Positions 50,071 to 60,674 of a DNA stretch of 64,000 bases are shown here, one piece after another; position 1 is the first letter of the stretch; the number at the start of each line of letters is the position of its first letter. The notes beneath the pieces were generated by a model. It saw only the letters and a program-made list of their open reading frames with translations. It was not told where the DNA came from and did no database searches. The stretch is from Nitrosopumilus sp. (GTDB lineage: Archaea > Thermoproteota > Nitrososphaeria > Nitrososphaerales > Nitrosopumilaceae), in NCBI GenBank assembly GCA_965205675.1, contig OZ242186.1:64001-128000 (forward strand), written 5' to 3'. Both the position numbers and the translations under genes were made by a program.

Positions 50071-50781
50071 TTAAGCGTAATCAAGATTATCTTTAATCAT
50101 GGTTTGAATTTTTTCCCAGTTTTTATTTTCTTTATCGTTCCATTTTTCAAAATATACTACATCTTTCAATTCTAGTCTTGGTAACCACCCTTTAGTTTCA
50201 AGATCTGGTTTTTCTGCAAACTCATCAACGTATCCTAAACACAAGTAGGCTACAGGGATTACATGTTCTGGCAAATCTAAAGTTTCTTTCAAAGTTTCAT
50301 TTGATAGAATACTTACCCATCCTAAACCAACACCTTCTGTCCTAGCTGATAACCATAAATTTTGAATTGCACAACAAACACTGTAAAGACCTGCTTCAGG
50401 AATACTTGATCTTCCAATGACAAATGGTCCAAATTTTGTAGGATCATATGTTACACAAAGATTTACTGGTGATTCTAAAATACCTTCTAGCTTGAATGAA
50501 AGATATTTAGTTTTCTTTGGCTCCTCCACTAATTGTGATGAACGATTTTTTTCCTCCTCAAAAGATTCTTTTATTTTCTTTTTAGTATTTTGATCTTTAA
50601 TTAAAATAAAATTCCATGGTTGAGAAAATCCTACAGATGGTGCATGATGTGCCGCGTTAAGAATTTTTGATAAAACCTCATCTTCTATTGGCTTTGAGGT
50701 AAAGTGAGATCTTACATCCCTTCTTGAATAAATTGCCTTGTAGAAACCTCTTTTTTCTTCATCAGTAAAATCTTCTGTCAT
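50071..50781 (-). CDS. bluB: 5,6-dimethylbenzimidazole synthase
   Basis: RRDVR, AAHHAPSVGFSQPW, CAIQNLWL, GWVS. Confidence 0.92.
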   Translation of the reverse strand: MTEDFTDEEKRGFYKAIYSRRDVRSHFTSKPIEDEVLSKILNAAHHAPSVGFSQPWNFILIKDQNTKKKIKESFEEEKNRSSQLVEEPKKTKYLSFKLEGILESPVNLCVTYDPTKFGPFVIGRSSIPEAGLYSVCCAIQNLWLSARTEGVGLGWVSILSNETLKETLDLPEHVIPVAYLCLGYVDEFAEKPDLETKGWLPRLELKDVVYFEKWNDKENKNWEKIQTMIKDNLDYA

Positions 50782-50850
50782 CTCTCTTCTACCTCAATTC
50801 TTTCTTTTGTTAAACGTTAATAATGTCAATTATTTGATTTATTTTTCAAT

Positions 50851-50924
50851 GGGCCTGTAGTCTAGCTGGTTAGGATACCGCCTCGACATGGCGGTGATCA
50901 TGAGTTCGAATCTCATTAGGCCCA
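50851..50924 (+). tRNA. tRNA-Val(GAC)
   Basis: GGGCCTG/TAGGCCC acceptor stem, CCGCC-TCGACAT-GGCGG anticodon arm, TTCGAAT T-loop. Confidence 0.9.
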
Positions 50925-50932
50925 CTTTTTAA

Positions 50933-51451
50933 TTAATAACCTGTCTTGAAGTCTTTCTCAGTTTCACTCCAAGAAGTTTGAGTGATTATTTTTCCTTCAG
51001 CAGAAAAACTTGTTAATCTTTCATTTATTGCATCTTCATAAACTTCTGAATTTATTTCAGATTTACTTAGAACAAATATATTTTTCAATGGAATTTCTGC
51101 ACCTGAAACAAACAATGCTCTACCAGGTAATGCTATGTCTGCTGTAGAATATAATCCAGGACCTAACAATTCACCATTACTAAATAGTTGAAAATCTATT
51201 TGTGAAACTGTTAATGTTTTATCACTTGGGTTTGTTACTAAAAATGTAACTTCAAACTTTGCTTGATTTTCTACCGTGTTTACATCTAATAGCTTCACGT
51301 TTGTTAGTTCGACCTCAATTAAAGCAAGTTCATCATTATCAAGACTAGCATAGAAAATAATTCCTCCCATTAATGCTAAAACCCCAACTATTGCTAGATA
51401 AACTATCAATTTACTTTGAAGTGCCATTTCAATGATTTCAGATTTGTACAA
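50933..51451 (-). CDS. Membrane-anchored LEA_2-like protein
   Basis: N-terminal TM, VTNPSD. Confidence 0.65.
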   Translation of the reverse strand: MYKSEIIEMALQSKLIVYLAIVGVLALMGGIIFYASLDNDELALIEVELTNVKLLDVNTVENQAKFEVTFLVTNPSDKTLTVSQIDFQLFSNGELLGPGLYSTADIALPGRALFVSGAEIPLKNIFVLSKSEINSEVYEDAINERLTSFSAEGKIITQTSWSETEKDFKTGY

Positions 51452-51508
51452 CTAAAAAAGGTTGGCAAGATCCAAATACATAATATTTGATTTAAAATAT
51501 CATAAACT

Positions 51509-52006
51509 ATGGCTGCTCTAGAACAGGCAATTATCACTTGGATTCATCTTGTTGCAGCTGCAATATGGGTTGGCGGCTCGTTATTCATTGGAATTGTATT
51601 TTCCCCACTTTTGAAAACCATGACAAATTCTATTGAAGAAAGAATGCAAATAATGATTCGTGTAGGTAGACGATTTAACAAAGTTGCTGTTCCATCATTG
51701 ATTATCTTAATGGTTACAGGTTTGTATACTTCACATGTCTTACTTAGTAAACCTGATCTTCTAGTATCAACTAGTTATGGGACATTTTTAATTATCAAAA
51801 TCATTCTTGTAATTGCGTTAATTGTTACATATGCTGTTCATGTTAGAGTAATTCGTAAAGATGTCGAAGAAAAAATTATGTCAAATCAAATGCCAGAACT
51901 TGAAATACAAAAATTAAGGAAAAAAATTATCATCCTTGGAGAGATTACTGTAGTTTTATCAATAGCTATCCTATTTTTTGCATCATTACTTGATGCTGGT
52001 GTTTGA
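51509..52006 (+). CDS. CopD-family copper resistance membrane protein
   Basis: WIHLVAAAIWVGG, VTG, YG..LIIK. Confidence 0.8.
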   Translation: MAALEQAIITWIHLVAAAIWVGGSLFIGIVFSPLLKTMTNSIEERMQIMIRVGRRFNKVAVPSLIILMVTGLYTSHVLLSKPDLLVSTSYGTFLIIKIILVIALIVTYAVHVRVIRKDVEEKIMSNQMPELEIQKLRKKIIILGEITVVLSIAILFFASLLDAGV

Positions 52007-53008
52007 TATTCCTTCAATAATTACATCAAAACCATAATTTGTCTTCCCAATTCCATACTTACAACCAGTAATTTTTGAAGTAACAAACAAGTTAGTTTCT
52101 AAATGGTTTGTAATTTCTTTCACTTGGAAAACTGTTTTTCCAGAACCTAAACTAGCAGGAACTATAAGCATGTCTGCCAAATTCTCATCAACAGAATAAC
52201 TTTGAATAAATTTCTCAAGATCTAAATCAAATTTTTGTGTTTTATTATTATACAAAGCATCAATTCCTATTATAGAATTTTCATCAATACTGTAAATTAA
52301 CAAGGATGCACCTGAATCAACTGCATTTTCTAACTTTATTTCTGTATCCACAATAAAATTCTCTTTGGTTAATTTTTTTACAATTTTATTTATGTCATTT
52401 TTAATTTCTTCTTCTGTTAATTTTGAAAAAGAACAAATTAATTTTATTTGTTTAGTTTTTCTCTTAGTAAATTGTACTGATTTTATATTAGATGGATTAA
52501 CTAATAATTTTATTTCTCCATTACCCTTAGGATAATAACCACGTTTAATTAATTCAAATGAAAATTTAATCCCCATTCTTGAATATGCTTCTTTTAGCAC
52601 ATGTTGAATATAATCAATAGTGGGACTCCAAAGCACATCTGTACCACCTTTAATTTTTAAATTAAGTTGTTTTTGTGAAATAGAAATTACTGGAATTAGA
52701 ACTTGTAAAATTAATGGAATACTTCCAGCCGTACCAACATCTTCAATTAAATTTAAATTTTTAATATCCCCTGGAATAAATTTTAATTCAGTTGACCCTA
52801 TTTCTGCTCCAATAATTTTAGCATTTGAAACTCTTTGAAGAATGTTAATCGCCGTAAGATGTTGTGGTCTTAACCCTGGAATTTTTCTATTCTTTCTTAT
52901 ATTTTCTAAATGAATAGATTGTTTGGTAATACATGAAAGTGTAATTGCTGAACGAATGATCTGACCTCCACCTTCACCATATCCTCCATTAATTTTTAGA
53001 AAATTCAT
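51986..53008 (-). CDS. rtcA: RNA 3'-terminal phosphate cyclase
   Basis: GEGGGQIIRSA, PGLRPQH, GGTDV, HLETN. Confidence 0.9.
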   Translation of the reverse strand: MNFLKINGGYGEGGGQIIRSAITLSCITKQSIHLENIRKNRKIPGLRPQHLTAINILQRVSNAKIIGAEIGSTELKFIPGDIKNLNLIEDVGTAGSIPLILQVLIPVISISQKQLNLKIKGGTDVLWSPTIDYIQHVLKEAYSRMGIKFSFELIKRGYYPKGNGEIKLLVNPSNIKSVQFTKRKTKQIKLICSFSKLTEEEIKNDINKIVKKLTKENFIVDTEIKLENAVDSGASLLIYSIDENSIIGIDALYNNKTQKFDLDLEKFIQSYSVDENLADMLIVPASLGSGKTVFQVKEITNHLETNLFVTSKITGCKYGIGKTNYGFDVIIEGISNTSIK

Positions 53009-53070
53009 GATTCTTTTCCCAGACTTACTCTTTATGATAGTTTTTTTAAAAGGAATTTTCTCTAGTTTGT

Positions 53071-53565
53071 ATGAATGGTTTATTGATAGGACGATTCCAA
53101 CCTTTTCATTTAGGTCATCTTGAAGCATTACAGTTTGCACTATCCAAAGTTGATAAATTGTGGGTAGGCCTAGGCAGTTCTAACAAGCCTATAGAAAAAA
53201 ACAATCCGTTTACAGCCGAACAACGAAAAGAAATGATGATGTCATCTATTGGCATTTCAATGAAAGAAAAAATTTCAATTTATTTTATTCCTGATTTGGA
53301 TAATCATATCAAATGGATAGAAAAAATAGATACCATTGTACCAGACTTTGATATTATTTTTTCAAATGATAACTTGACAAAACATCTGTATTCACAAAGA
53401 AATACTCAAGTTCTTTCAATTCCATTTCTTAATAGACAGTTTTTATCGGGAACAAATATTCGAAATCTAATAATTAGCGATCAAAAATGGGATGATCTTG
53501 TACCTGATGGTACTAAAAATTTTTTACAAAATACTAGTGTTAAAGAACAGTTGAAAAATCTCTAA
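53071..53565 (+). CDS. Nicotinamide-nucleotide adenylyltransferase (archaeal NadM type)
   Basis: GRFQPFHLGH, NPFT, SGTNIR. Confidence 0.9.
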   Translation: MNGLLIGRFQPFHLGHLEALQFALSKVDKLWVGLGSSNKPIEKNNPFTAEQRKEMMMSSIGISMKEKISIYFIPDLDNHIKWIEKIDTIVPDFDIIFSNDNLTKHLYSQRNTQVLSIPFLNRQFLSGTNIRNLIISDQKWDDLVPDGTKNFLQNTSVKEQLKNL

Positions 53566-53604
53566 TTATAAATAAACCCCAAACATACTGTTGATAGATA
53601 ACAC

Positions 53605-54750
53605 ATGGAATATCTTTCAATGCTTCCTGGTCCAACAAACGTACCTAATAGAGTAATGAGAGCAATGTTAGCACCTATAATTAATCATAGAAGTGATGAT
53701 TTTGTTGAATTATACACTGATGTAGTTGATAAAACTCAACAAGTATTTCAAACACAAAATGATATTGTAGCATTATCTGCGTCTGGAACAGGTGCAGTTG
53801 AAGCAGGAGTAGTTAATGTAGTAAAGAAAGGCGATAAAGTAATTATTCCAGTTAACGGAGAATTTAGTAAACGATTATCACAATTAATTGAAGGTCAAGG
53901 TGGTAATGTTGTAAAACTTGAAACCTCTCCTGGAGAAAATGCAACTTTTGATCAAATTAAAGAAGCATTTGATAACAATAAAGACGTTAAAGCATTCTAT
54001 GTTGTTCACAATGAAACTTCAACAGGAACAATGGTAAATTATCTTGATAAAGTATCTGACTTGACTTCAAGAAATGATGCATTCTATATTGTAGATTCTG
54101 TTTCATTACTTGGAGGTGCTCAACTTCCAGTTGATAAATGGAATATTGATGTATGTATGACTGGTGCACAAAAAGCAATCGCTGCTCCACCAGGAATTTC
54201 ACCAATATCTGTTAGTGCTAAAGCCAAAAAATACATGATTGAAAATCCTCCAGCAACACACTACTTCAATTTAGCAAGATATTTTAAATATTATGATGAG
54301 GAAAAACATACTCCTTTTACACCTGCACTCCCATTACTTTATGCATATCGAGAAGCATTATCTGTAATGTTAGAAGAAGGATTACAAAATGTCTTTAAAC
54401 GCCATAAAGTTTGTTCAGATTCATTATACGCTGGATTAAGTGCAATGGGTCTTTCTCCATTTGCAAAAGAAGAAGATCGTTCAATCTCAATTGTTGCATT
54501 AAATTATTTGGATGGACTTGAAGATAAGACTTTCAGAAGTACATTAGCTGATAAATTCAAAGTATTAGTTGCTGGCGGCTTTGGTAATCTTAAAGGCAAA
54601 GTATTCAGAGTTGGATGCATGGGAGAAGTTAGTCCATATCATGTTATGAGAACTATCTCCGCAATTTCCGCTACACTGTCAATGATGGGATATGATGTTG
54701 ATGCTCAAGCAGGACTTAAAACTGCAGAAGAAAAACTAAAAGCTCTATAA
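53605..54750 (+). CDS. Alanine-glyoxylate/serine-pyruvate class V aminotransferase
   Basis: LPGPT, HNETSTG, GAQKA, FRVGCMG. Confidence 0.9.
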   Translation: MEYLSMLPGPTNVPNRVMRAMLAPIINHRSDDFVELYTDVVDKTQQVFQTQNDIVALSASGTGAVEAGVVNVVKKGDKVIIPVNGEFSKRLSQLIEGQGGNVVKLETSPGENATFDQIKEAFDNNKDVKAFYVVHNETSTGTMVNYLDKVSDLTSRNDAFYIVDSVSLLGGAQLPVDKWNIDVCMTGAQKAIAAPPGISPISVSAKAKKYMIENPPATHYFNLARYFKYYDEEKHTPFTPALPLLYAYREALSVMLEEGLQNVFKRHKVCSDSLYAGLSAMGLSPFAKEEDRSISIVALNYLDGLEDKTFRSTLADKFKVLVAGGFGNLKGKVFRVGCMGEVSPYHVMRTISAISATLSMMGYDVDAQAGLKTAEEKLKAL

Positions 54751-54791
54751 ATCCTGTTAACTTAATATTAGGAAATTCGAGATCGATCACA

Positions 54792-55481
54792 TTGACTTTC
54801 GATAAAGGCTCTTTAATTTTAGTTGATTACACTGCAAAGGTAAAAGATACTGAAGAGGTTTTTGATACAACTATTGAAGAAGATGCAAAAAAACATTCTA
54901 TTCATGAACAAAATTTCAAGTATCAACCAAAACTAGTTTCTCTTGGCGAAGTTTCTTATCCTGTTCTAAAAGGACTTGATGAAGCACTTGCAAAAACAAA
55001 TGTTAATGACAAACTTACAATTGAAGTAACACCAGACAAAGGCTTTGGTGAAAGAGATTCTGGAAAAGTTAGAATGATTCCTATTAGAAAATTAGGAGAA
55101 GATGCAGAAAAAGTTTCCGTAGGCGACTCGATCGAAGTTGACAATAAAAGAGGAATTATTCGTTATATTGGATCTGGCAGAGTCCAAATAGATTATAATC
55201 ATAGATATGCAGGTAAAACAATTCTATTTGATGTTAATGTCATCAAATCACTAGATACTCCAAGTGATAAAGTTGATAGTATTCTTAAAAACAGATTACC
55301 TGTAGAAAATACAAAAATTTCATTTGATCTAAAGGATAAAGAAGTAAGCATTGTAATTCCTGAGGAAATTTTACGTACTGATGGATTACAAATTATGAAA
55401 CACTTTATCCAACTAGATATTTTCAAATTTATTCCAAGTCTAGAAAAAATTAACTTTGTTGAAACACACGTAAATAAATAA
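54792..55481 (+). CDS. FKBP-type peptidyl-prolyl isomerase (archaeal SlyD-like)
   Basis: VDYT, FDTT, PDKGFGER, DYNHRYAGKT. Confidence 0.9.
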   Translation: MTFDKGSLILVDYTAKVKDTEEVFDTTIEEDAKKHSIHEQNFKYQPKLVSLGEVSYPVLKGLDEALAKTNVNDKLTIEVTPDKGFGERDSGKVRMIPIRKLGEDAEKVSVGDSIEVDNKRGIIRYIGSGRVQIDYNHRYAGKTILFDVNVIKSLDTPSDKVDSILKNRLPVENTKISFDLKDKEVSIVIPEEILRTDGLQIMKHFIQLDIFKFIPSLEKINFVETHVNK

Positions 55482-55534
55482 ACTCAGGAAAAGAAACCTA
55501 ATACCAAAGAAGAAATCCCTGAACAAAAATCTAC

Positions 55535-56578
55535 TTAAATTATTCCAGTACTCTTTGCTAAATTTAGTGCAACTTTCTCTGTCATCTTAATTTCTTTTAG
55601 AATTGTATATCTTTCTGGTCTAAGATCTTGCGCAATCATTAGAGCTTTTACTATCATTTCTGGTTTTAGCCCTATTTGTTTTGCAGATGTAGGAGCTCCA
55701 ACATCTTTTAATGTCTTTACAATTTTTTTCCAATCTTGTTTTTGCAATTTTGCTATCATGATAGAACCTAAACCACATTTTTCTCCATGAAGTCCAATTT
55801 CAGGAGCAAGTTTGTCAAGTGCATGTGAAACAAGATGTTCTGCACCAGAACATGGTCTACTACTTCCAGCAATACACGATGCAACACCCGCACTGATTAA
55901 TCCTTCAACGATTACTCTAGCATCCAATCCCTTTTTAGCAAATTCAGAAGAATTTTCCATGACGATTTTAGCACTCATCAGAGCCAAATCTGCTGCGTAT
56001 CTACCATAGTATTCTTTTTTCTTTTTGTGACCTAATTGCCAATCTTTTACCGCTATAATATTAGCAATAAGATCTCCACAACCACTTGCTAGTAATTTTG
56101 ACGGCGCTTTTTTAATAATATCAATATCTACAAATACACCCATAGGAGCAGTTGCTACTATAGAATGAGGTTTATCACTCTTAACTGATACAAAAGGACT
56201 AGCCATCCCATCATGTGATGCAGCAGTTGGTAAACTAACAAATAGTTTTCCCAAATTATACGAAATCAATTTTGCTGTATCTACAGAACGACCTCCTCCA
56301 ATACCTACAATCAAATCTGAATTATCTTTTTCAACATTTTTTTGAATTTGATTTAATGATTCTATTTGATTATCAATTGAGGTATGCCAAATGAATTGAA
56401 TTTTTTTTATTTTTAATGATTTTTCAATTTTTTTCTTTAATATTTTTTGAACATTTATTCCAGCAATCAAAGATACTTTTTTTGGTTTATTTAACGACTT
56501 GAGAAATTTCCCAAAATCATTAATGTTTTTCTCCCCAATTTCAATGAGCCTGGGTAATTCCATTCTGTGTGATTGCAT
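55535..56578 (-). CDS. egsA: sn-glycerol-1-phosphate dehydrogenase
   Basis: GGGRSVD, PTAASHDG, SSRPCSGAEH, LHGEKCG. Confidence 0.95.
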   Translation of the reverse strand: MQSHRMELPRLIEIGEKNINDFGKFLKSLNKPKKVSLIAGINVQKILKKKIEKSLKIKKIQFIWHTSIDNQIESLNQIQKNVEKDNSDLIVGIGGGRSVDTAKLISYNLGKLFVSLPTAASHDGMASPFVSVKSDKPHSIVATAPMGVFVDIDIIKKAPSKLLASGCGDLIANIIAVKDWQLGHKKKKEYYGRYAADLALMSAKIVMENSSEFAKKGLDARVIVEGLISAGVASCIAGSSRPCSGAEHLVSHALDKLAPEIGLHGEKCGLGSIMIAKLQKQDWKKIVKTLKDVGAPTSAKQIGLKPEMIVKALMIAQDLRPERYTILKEIKMTEKVALNLAKSTGII

Positions 56579-56674
56579 GCGATCTTGATTTCTTATCATT
56601 ATTTATGATTTCAAGAGATCAAAAAGTTATTTAAAAGGGTGAGATATCATTCACTTTATCTTAATAGGTGTATT

Positions 56675-57307
56675 TTGTCAAATAACGTTGAAGAAAAAAT
56701 TCTGCATGGGACTACCACAGTAGGTATCAAGGCCAAAGACGGCGTCGTATTATGCGCTGATATGAGAGCCAGTGCAGGCTATTTTATTGCAAATAACAAT
56801 ACTATGAAAATACAACAAATTGATCTACATGCAGGATTAACTTTGGCAGGTGGTGTTGCAGACGCTCAAAACATTGTTGATATTTTACGTTATCATTCTA
56901 ATCTTCATAGAGTTGAAAAACAAGGTTCAATCTCTATTCATTCACTTGCAAGACTTTGTTCTTTGATATTTCATCAAAACAGAGGTTATCCGTTTATGGC
57001 TGATATCCTACTTGGTGGATATGATGCAACTGGTCCTTCATTGTTTAATGTAGATATGTTTGGTTCAGTTGAAGAGAAATCGTATGTTACTACTGGTAGC
57101 GGTTCTCCAGTAGCTTATGGTTTACTTGAAGAAGAATATAGAGCAGATCTTACAATTGAAGAAGCAAAACAAGTAGCTCTACGAGCTGTAAAAGCCGCAA
57201 TCGTTAGAAATATTGGTACAGGTGATGGAATCAATGTTGCCATTATGGACAAAGACGGTTTCCGTCTATTAGCCGATGAGCAAAAGAAAGCCGTCATCGA
57301 ACTTTAG
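56675..57307 (+). CDS. psmB: Proteasome beta subunit
   Basis: HG-TTTVG, GGVADAQ, TGSGS. Confidence 0.95.
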   Translation: MSNNVEEKILHGTTTVGIKAKDGVVLCADMRASAGYFIANNNTMKIQQIDLHAGLTLAGGVADAQNIVDILRYHSNLHRVEKQGSISIHSLARLCSLIFHQNRGYPFMADILLGGYDATGPSLFNVDMFGSVEEKSYVTTGSGSPVAYGLLEEEYRADLTIEEAKQVALRAVKAAIVRNIGTGDGINVAIMDKDGFRLLADEQKKAVIEL

Positions 57308-57314
57308 TGATTTA

Positions 57315-59255
57315 ATGCAAAAAAAATATCAAGAAAAAGAATTACCTCCTACTAGCCAGAATATAATGGCCACCATACTGCAAAGTATACCCAAAGAAGC
57401 AAGTGTTACAAAAATAGAATATGAAGGACCTAGAATTGCTCTTTATACAAACTCTCCACGTTATTTGATGGAAAATAATGATACTATTTCAAATCTTGTT
57501 AACATAATCAAAAAAAGAATTGTTGTGAGAACGGATGAATCAATTCGTAAATCTGAAGATGAAGCTAGAAAAATTTTGGCAGATTGTGTTCCAAAAGAAG
57601 CTAATCTACAAGGAACTATTTTTGACACTGCAACAGGTGAAGTATCAGTTGAAGCAAAGAGACCATGGCTGTTACAACGAAATGCCAAAGAATTCAACCA
57701 TGCTGAAATAACTGAGCAGATTGGCTGGAGACTGCGTATTAGAAAAGCCACTACTATCCCTTCACGTACAATTCAAACAATTAACGCAACTCTGAAACAA
57801 GCTTCCCTTGAGAGAAGTAAACAGCTTAAGCAAGTAGGTGATGAAATTTTCAGACCTCGTTTATCTCAAAGAACTGAAGTTTCTCTTTATACTCTTGGAG
57901 GATTTGGTCAGGTAGGGCGTTCTTCATTACTATTATCCACTCCTGAAAGCAAAATCTTAATTGATTGTGGAATTAATCCCGGTGCACGTTCTCCAATGGA
58001 TGCGTTTCCAAGACTAGACTCTCTAAACATTACTCTGGATGAACTTGATGCCATAGTTATAGGACATGCCCATTTAGATCATACTGGATTTTTACCAACA
58101 CTTTGCAAGTATGGATACAAAGGCCCGATCTATTGTACTGAACCTACATTACCAATGATGAATCTCATTCAATTAGATGCAATCAAGGTAGCTTCTGCTC
58201 AGGGTAGAACTCCTATCTATTCAGAACGAGATGTAAAACAAATTATGAGACAAACAATTACTTTACCGTATGGAACAGTAACTGACATTTCCCCTGACAT
58301 CAAACTGGTTCTTGCAAATGCAGGTCACATTTTAGGTTCTGCATTATGTCACTTTCATATTGGAAACGGTGATCATAACTTTGTTTATTCTGGTGATATT
58401 AAATTTGGAAAAAGTATTTTGTTTGAAGCTGCTAGTTGGAATTTCCCAAGGGTAGAAACATTATTGATAGAAAGTACGTATGGTCTTAAAGAAGATATTC
58501 AACCAACTAGACAAGAAGTAGAATCTTCTTTCATTAATGCAGTAAACAACACTCTAGCAGATGGTGGCAAAGTTTTGATTCCAATTCCTGCAGTTGGACG
58601 TGCACAAGAAATTATGATGGTAATTGATCATTACATGAAATCAGGTGAAATGATTGAAGCACCTGTATTTACAGAAGGAATGATATCAGAAGCATCAGCA
58701 ATACACGAATCATATCCCGAATACCTTGCACGAGAACTCAAACAAAAGATTCTAGAAACTGACGATAATCCATTTGATTCTGAATACTTTACTAACATTG
58801 AGCACGCAGATGCTAGAGAAGAACCTATGAGAGATGATTCCCCCTGTATTATTCTGGCAACATCAGGTATGTTAGAAGGTGGACCTGTTTTAGAATATTT
58901 TAAAAATATTGCACCTAACAAAAAGAACAAAGTATTGTTTGTTTCTTATCAGGTAAATGGAACTTTGGGAAGAAGAGTTCTTGATGGCTCTAAACAAGCA
59001 ACCATGTTAGGTAAGGAAGGAAAGGTTGAAGTTGTTTCAATTAACTGTGGTGTAGAAAAACTAGATGGTTTCAGTGGACATAGTGACTACAATCAATTAA
59101 TGTCATTTGTACAAAGATTGAGACCAAAACTTCGCCGTGTACTAGTTAATCACGGAGAACGTAAAAAATCAGAAAATCTCGCAATGAATATTAGACGAAT
59201 GTATAAGGTTTCTGCACACTATCCACAAGTTCAAGAAGCGATAAAATTATTTTAG
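57315..59255 (+). CDS. beta-CASP ribonuclease aCPSF1 (FttA)
   Basis: KH domains, HAHLDH, AGHILGS, GFSGHSD, NHGE. Confidence 0.95.
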   Translation: MQKKYQEKELPPTSQNIMATILQSIPKEASVTKIEYEGPRIALYTNSPRYLMENNDTISNLVNIIKKRIVVRTDESIRKSEDEARKILADCVPKEANLQGTIFDTATGEVSVEAKRPWLLQRNAKEFNHAEITEQIGWRLRIRKATTIPSRTIQTINATLKQASLERSKQLKQVGDEIFRPRLSQRTEVSLYTLGGFGQVGRSSLLLSTPESKILIDCGINPGARSPMDAFPRLDSLNITLDELDAIVIGHAHLDHTGFLPTLCKYGYKGPIYCTEPTLPMMNLIQLDAIKVASAQGRTPIYSERDVKQIMRQTITLPYGTVTDISPDIKLVLANAGHILGSALCHFHIGNGDHNFVYSGDIKFGKSILFEAASWNFPRVETLLIESTYGLKEDIQPTRQEVESSFINAVNNTLADGGKVLIPIPAVGRAQEIMMVIDHYMKSGEMIEAPVFTEGMISEASAIHESYPEYLARELKQKILETDDNPFDSEYFTNIEHADAREEPMRDDSPCIILATSGMLEGGPVLEYFKNIAPNKKNKVLFVSYQVNGTLGRRVLDGSKQATMLGKEGKVEVVSINCGVEKLDGFSGHSDYNQLMSFVQRLRPKLRRVLVNHGERKKSENLAMNIRRMYKVSAHYPQVQEAIKLF

Positions 59256-59525
59256 ATCGTATTCAGGTTTCCAAATCTTTATGCTAGATGGAGCAATTAT
59301 GATTCTCTCTTCACCCAATCTTGCAATTTCCGCATCAGCTACTTTTGCAATCGAATACAATTCTTCAACTACCTTACGAAGTTGTTCTACATCTTTTTGT
59401 GCCAATGGTGTAACTCTTAGAATCAAAATCATGTCCTTCTTGATATCATCTTTGATAGAGTGAACATCACTGATGTCTCTAATTGTTATAGCCTTTAGAT
59501 ATGTGGGATTTTCTTGTTTTTGCAT
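59247..59525 (-). CDS. sepF: SepF-family protein
   Basis: IKDDIKKDMILIL...IARLGEERIIIAP. Confidence 0.75.
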   Translation of the reverse strand: MQKQENPTYLKAITIRDISDVHSIKDDIKKDMILILRVTPLAQKDVEQLRKVVEELYSIAKVADAEIARLGEERIIIAPSSIKIWKPEYDLK

Positions 59526-59598
59526 CCTTGTTGAAAATAATATCTACTTCCTCAAAAACTCTTCCTTAGTTATAACTAATTTTTAAAAAATTTCACGC

Positions 59599-60612
59599 CT
59601 ACATTCTAAATTTAGTGTAAGATTGCTCTTCTGCACATTTTGTATTAACTTCGTCAGTTGAATCTCCATTTTTCACAGAAACAATATTGTATTCGGTTTT
59701 TGGTGCATCTGAATATCTTAGAGTTACAGTGGATGCAAACTCTACATGTAATTTTGCATTAGTGCCACGTAAAATTGAAACTGGTCCTACGTAATCTTTA
59801 GCCTCAAGCAAAATATCTCCAGGTAACGCTAATGCTTTAATCATTTCATTTTCATCTTTGTTTCTTCCAACAACAAATTTTGTTTTTTCATCTAATCTAA
59901 AATGTCTTCCAATTTTTAATAAATCAATTTCATTTGTTGTTGGAGTTTCAATATGATCAAATAAATCTTTAGCCTTGATTCCGAATTGTGGTTCTGTTAG
60001 CAAACAACCACCTCCCGCATTCGGAGGATTTTCAATTCCATATTCTTTAGCCATCTTCATTTGAATTTTCCTTTGTCTTCCTTTAATCATCCCGAGATTC
60101 TCCCTCTTGATCAAACCATCTTTTTCAGCATCTGATGGAGATAATAGTCCAGCTGATAATGGTCTAACAATTTTTCCCTTCAAATTTGATTCATTTTCAA
60201 TAATATGTAATGATGATGCATGTTGACTCATTGGACGTTGGCCTAACACTTCACCTGATATGATAAATTCTGCACCAATTTCTTCCATATGTTTTTTTGC
60301 TGCATCAAACATCATTGTTCTACAATCTACACATGGATTAAATCCAGCACCGATTCCATGTTTTGGATGTTTTAACATTTCAATGTATTCATCTCCAAGA
60401 TAAACTGTTTTTAAATTAACATTAAGATCATCTGCTCTTTCTCTAATTTCAAAACCACATCCTCTTCCACAATCAAAATCACAAAATGGTGTTTTAATTG
60501 CAACAGCTGATACATCAAATCCCTGTTCTTGCATCATTCTTACTGCAAGTTGACTATCTAATCCTCCAGATAATAATGCAACAACCTTCTTCTTTTCCTT
60601 CTCTTCTGCCAC
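59599..60612 (-). CDS. PP-loop tRNA-modifying ATPase (ThiI/MnmA-like with DUF814)
   Basis: LSGGLDS, NPCVDCR, GEVLGQRPMSQ, GGCLLT. Confidence 0.8.
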   Translation of the reverse strand: MAEEKEKKKVVALLSGGLDSQLAVRMMQEQGFDVSAVAIKTPFCDFDCGRGCGFEIRERADDLNVNLKTVYLGDEYIEMLKHPKHGIGAGFNPCVDCRTMMFDAAKKHMEEIGAEFIISGEVLGQRPMSQHASSLHIIENESNLKGKIVRPLSAGLLSPSDAEKDGLIKRENLGMIKGRQRKIQMKMAKEYGIENPPNAGGGCLLTEPQFGIKAKDLFDHIETPTTNEIDLLKIGRHFRLDEKTKFVVGRNKDENEMIKALALPGDILLEAKDYVGPVSILRGTNAKLHVEFASTVTLRYSDAPKTEYNIVSVKNGDSTDEVNTKCAEEQSYTKFRM

Positions 60613-60674
60613 TGCGATCTACTTCAATTTTCCATATACAAACTTTACATCATACATAAATTAAGAATATTAGT

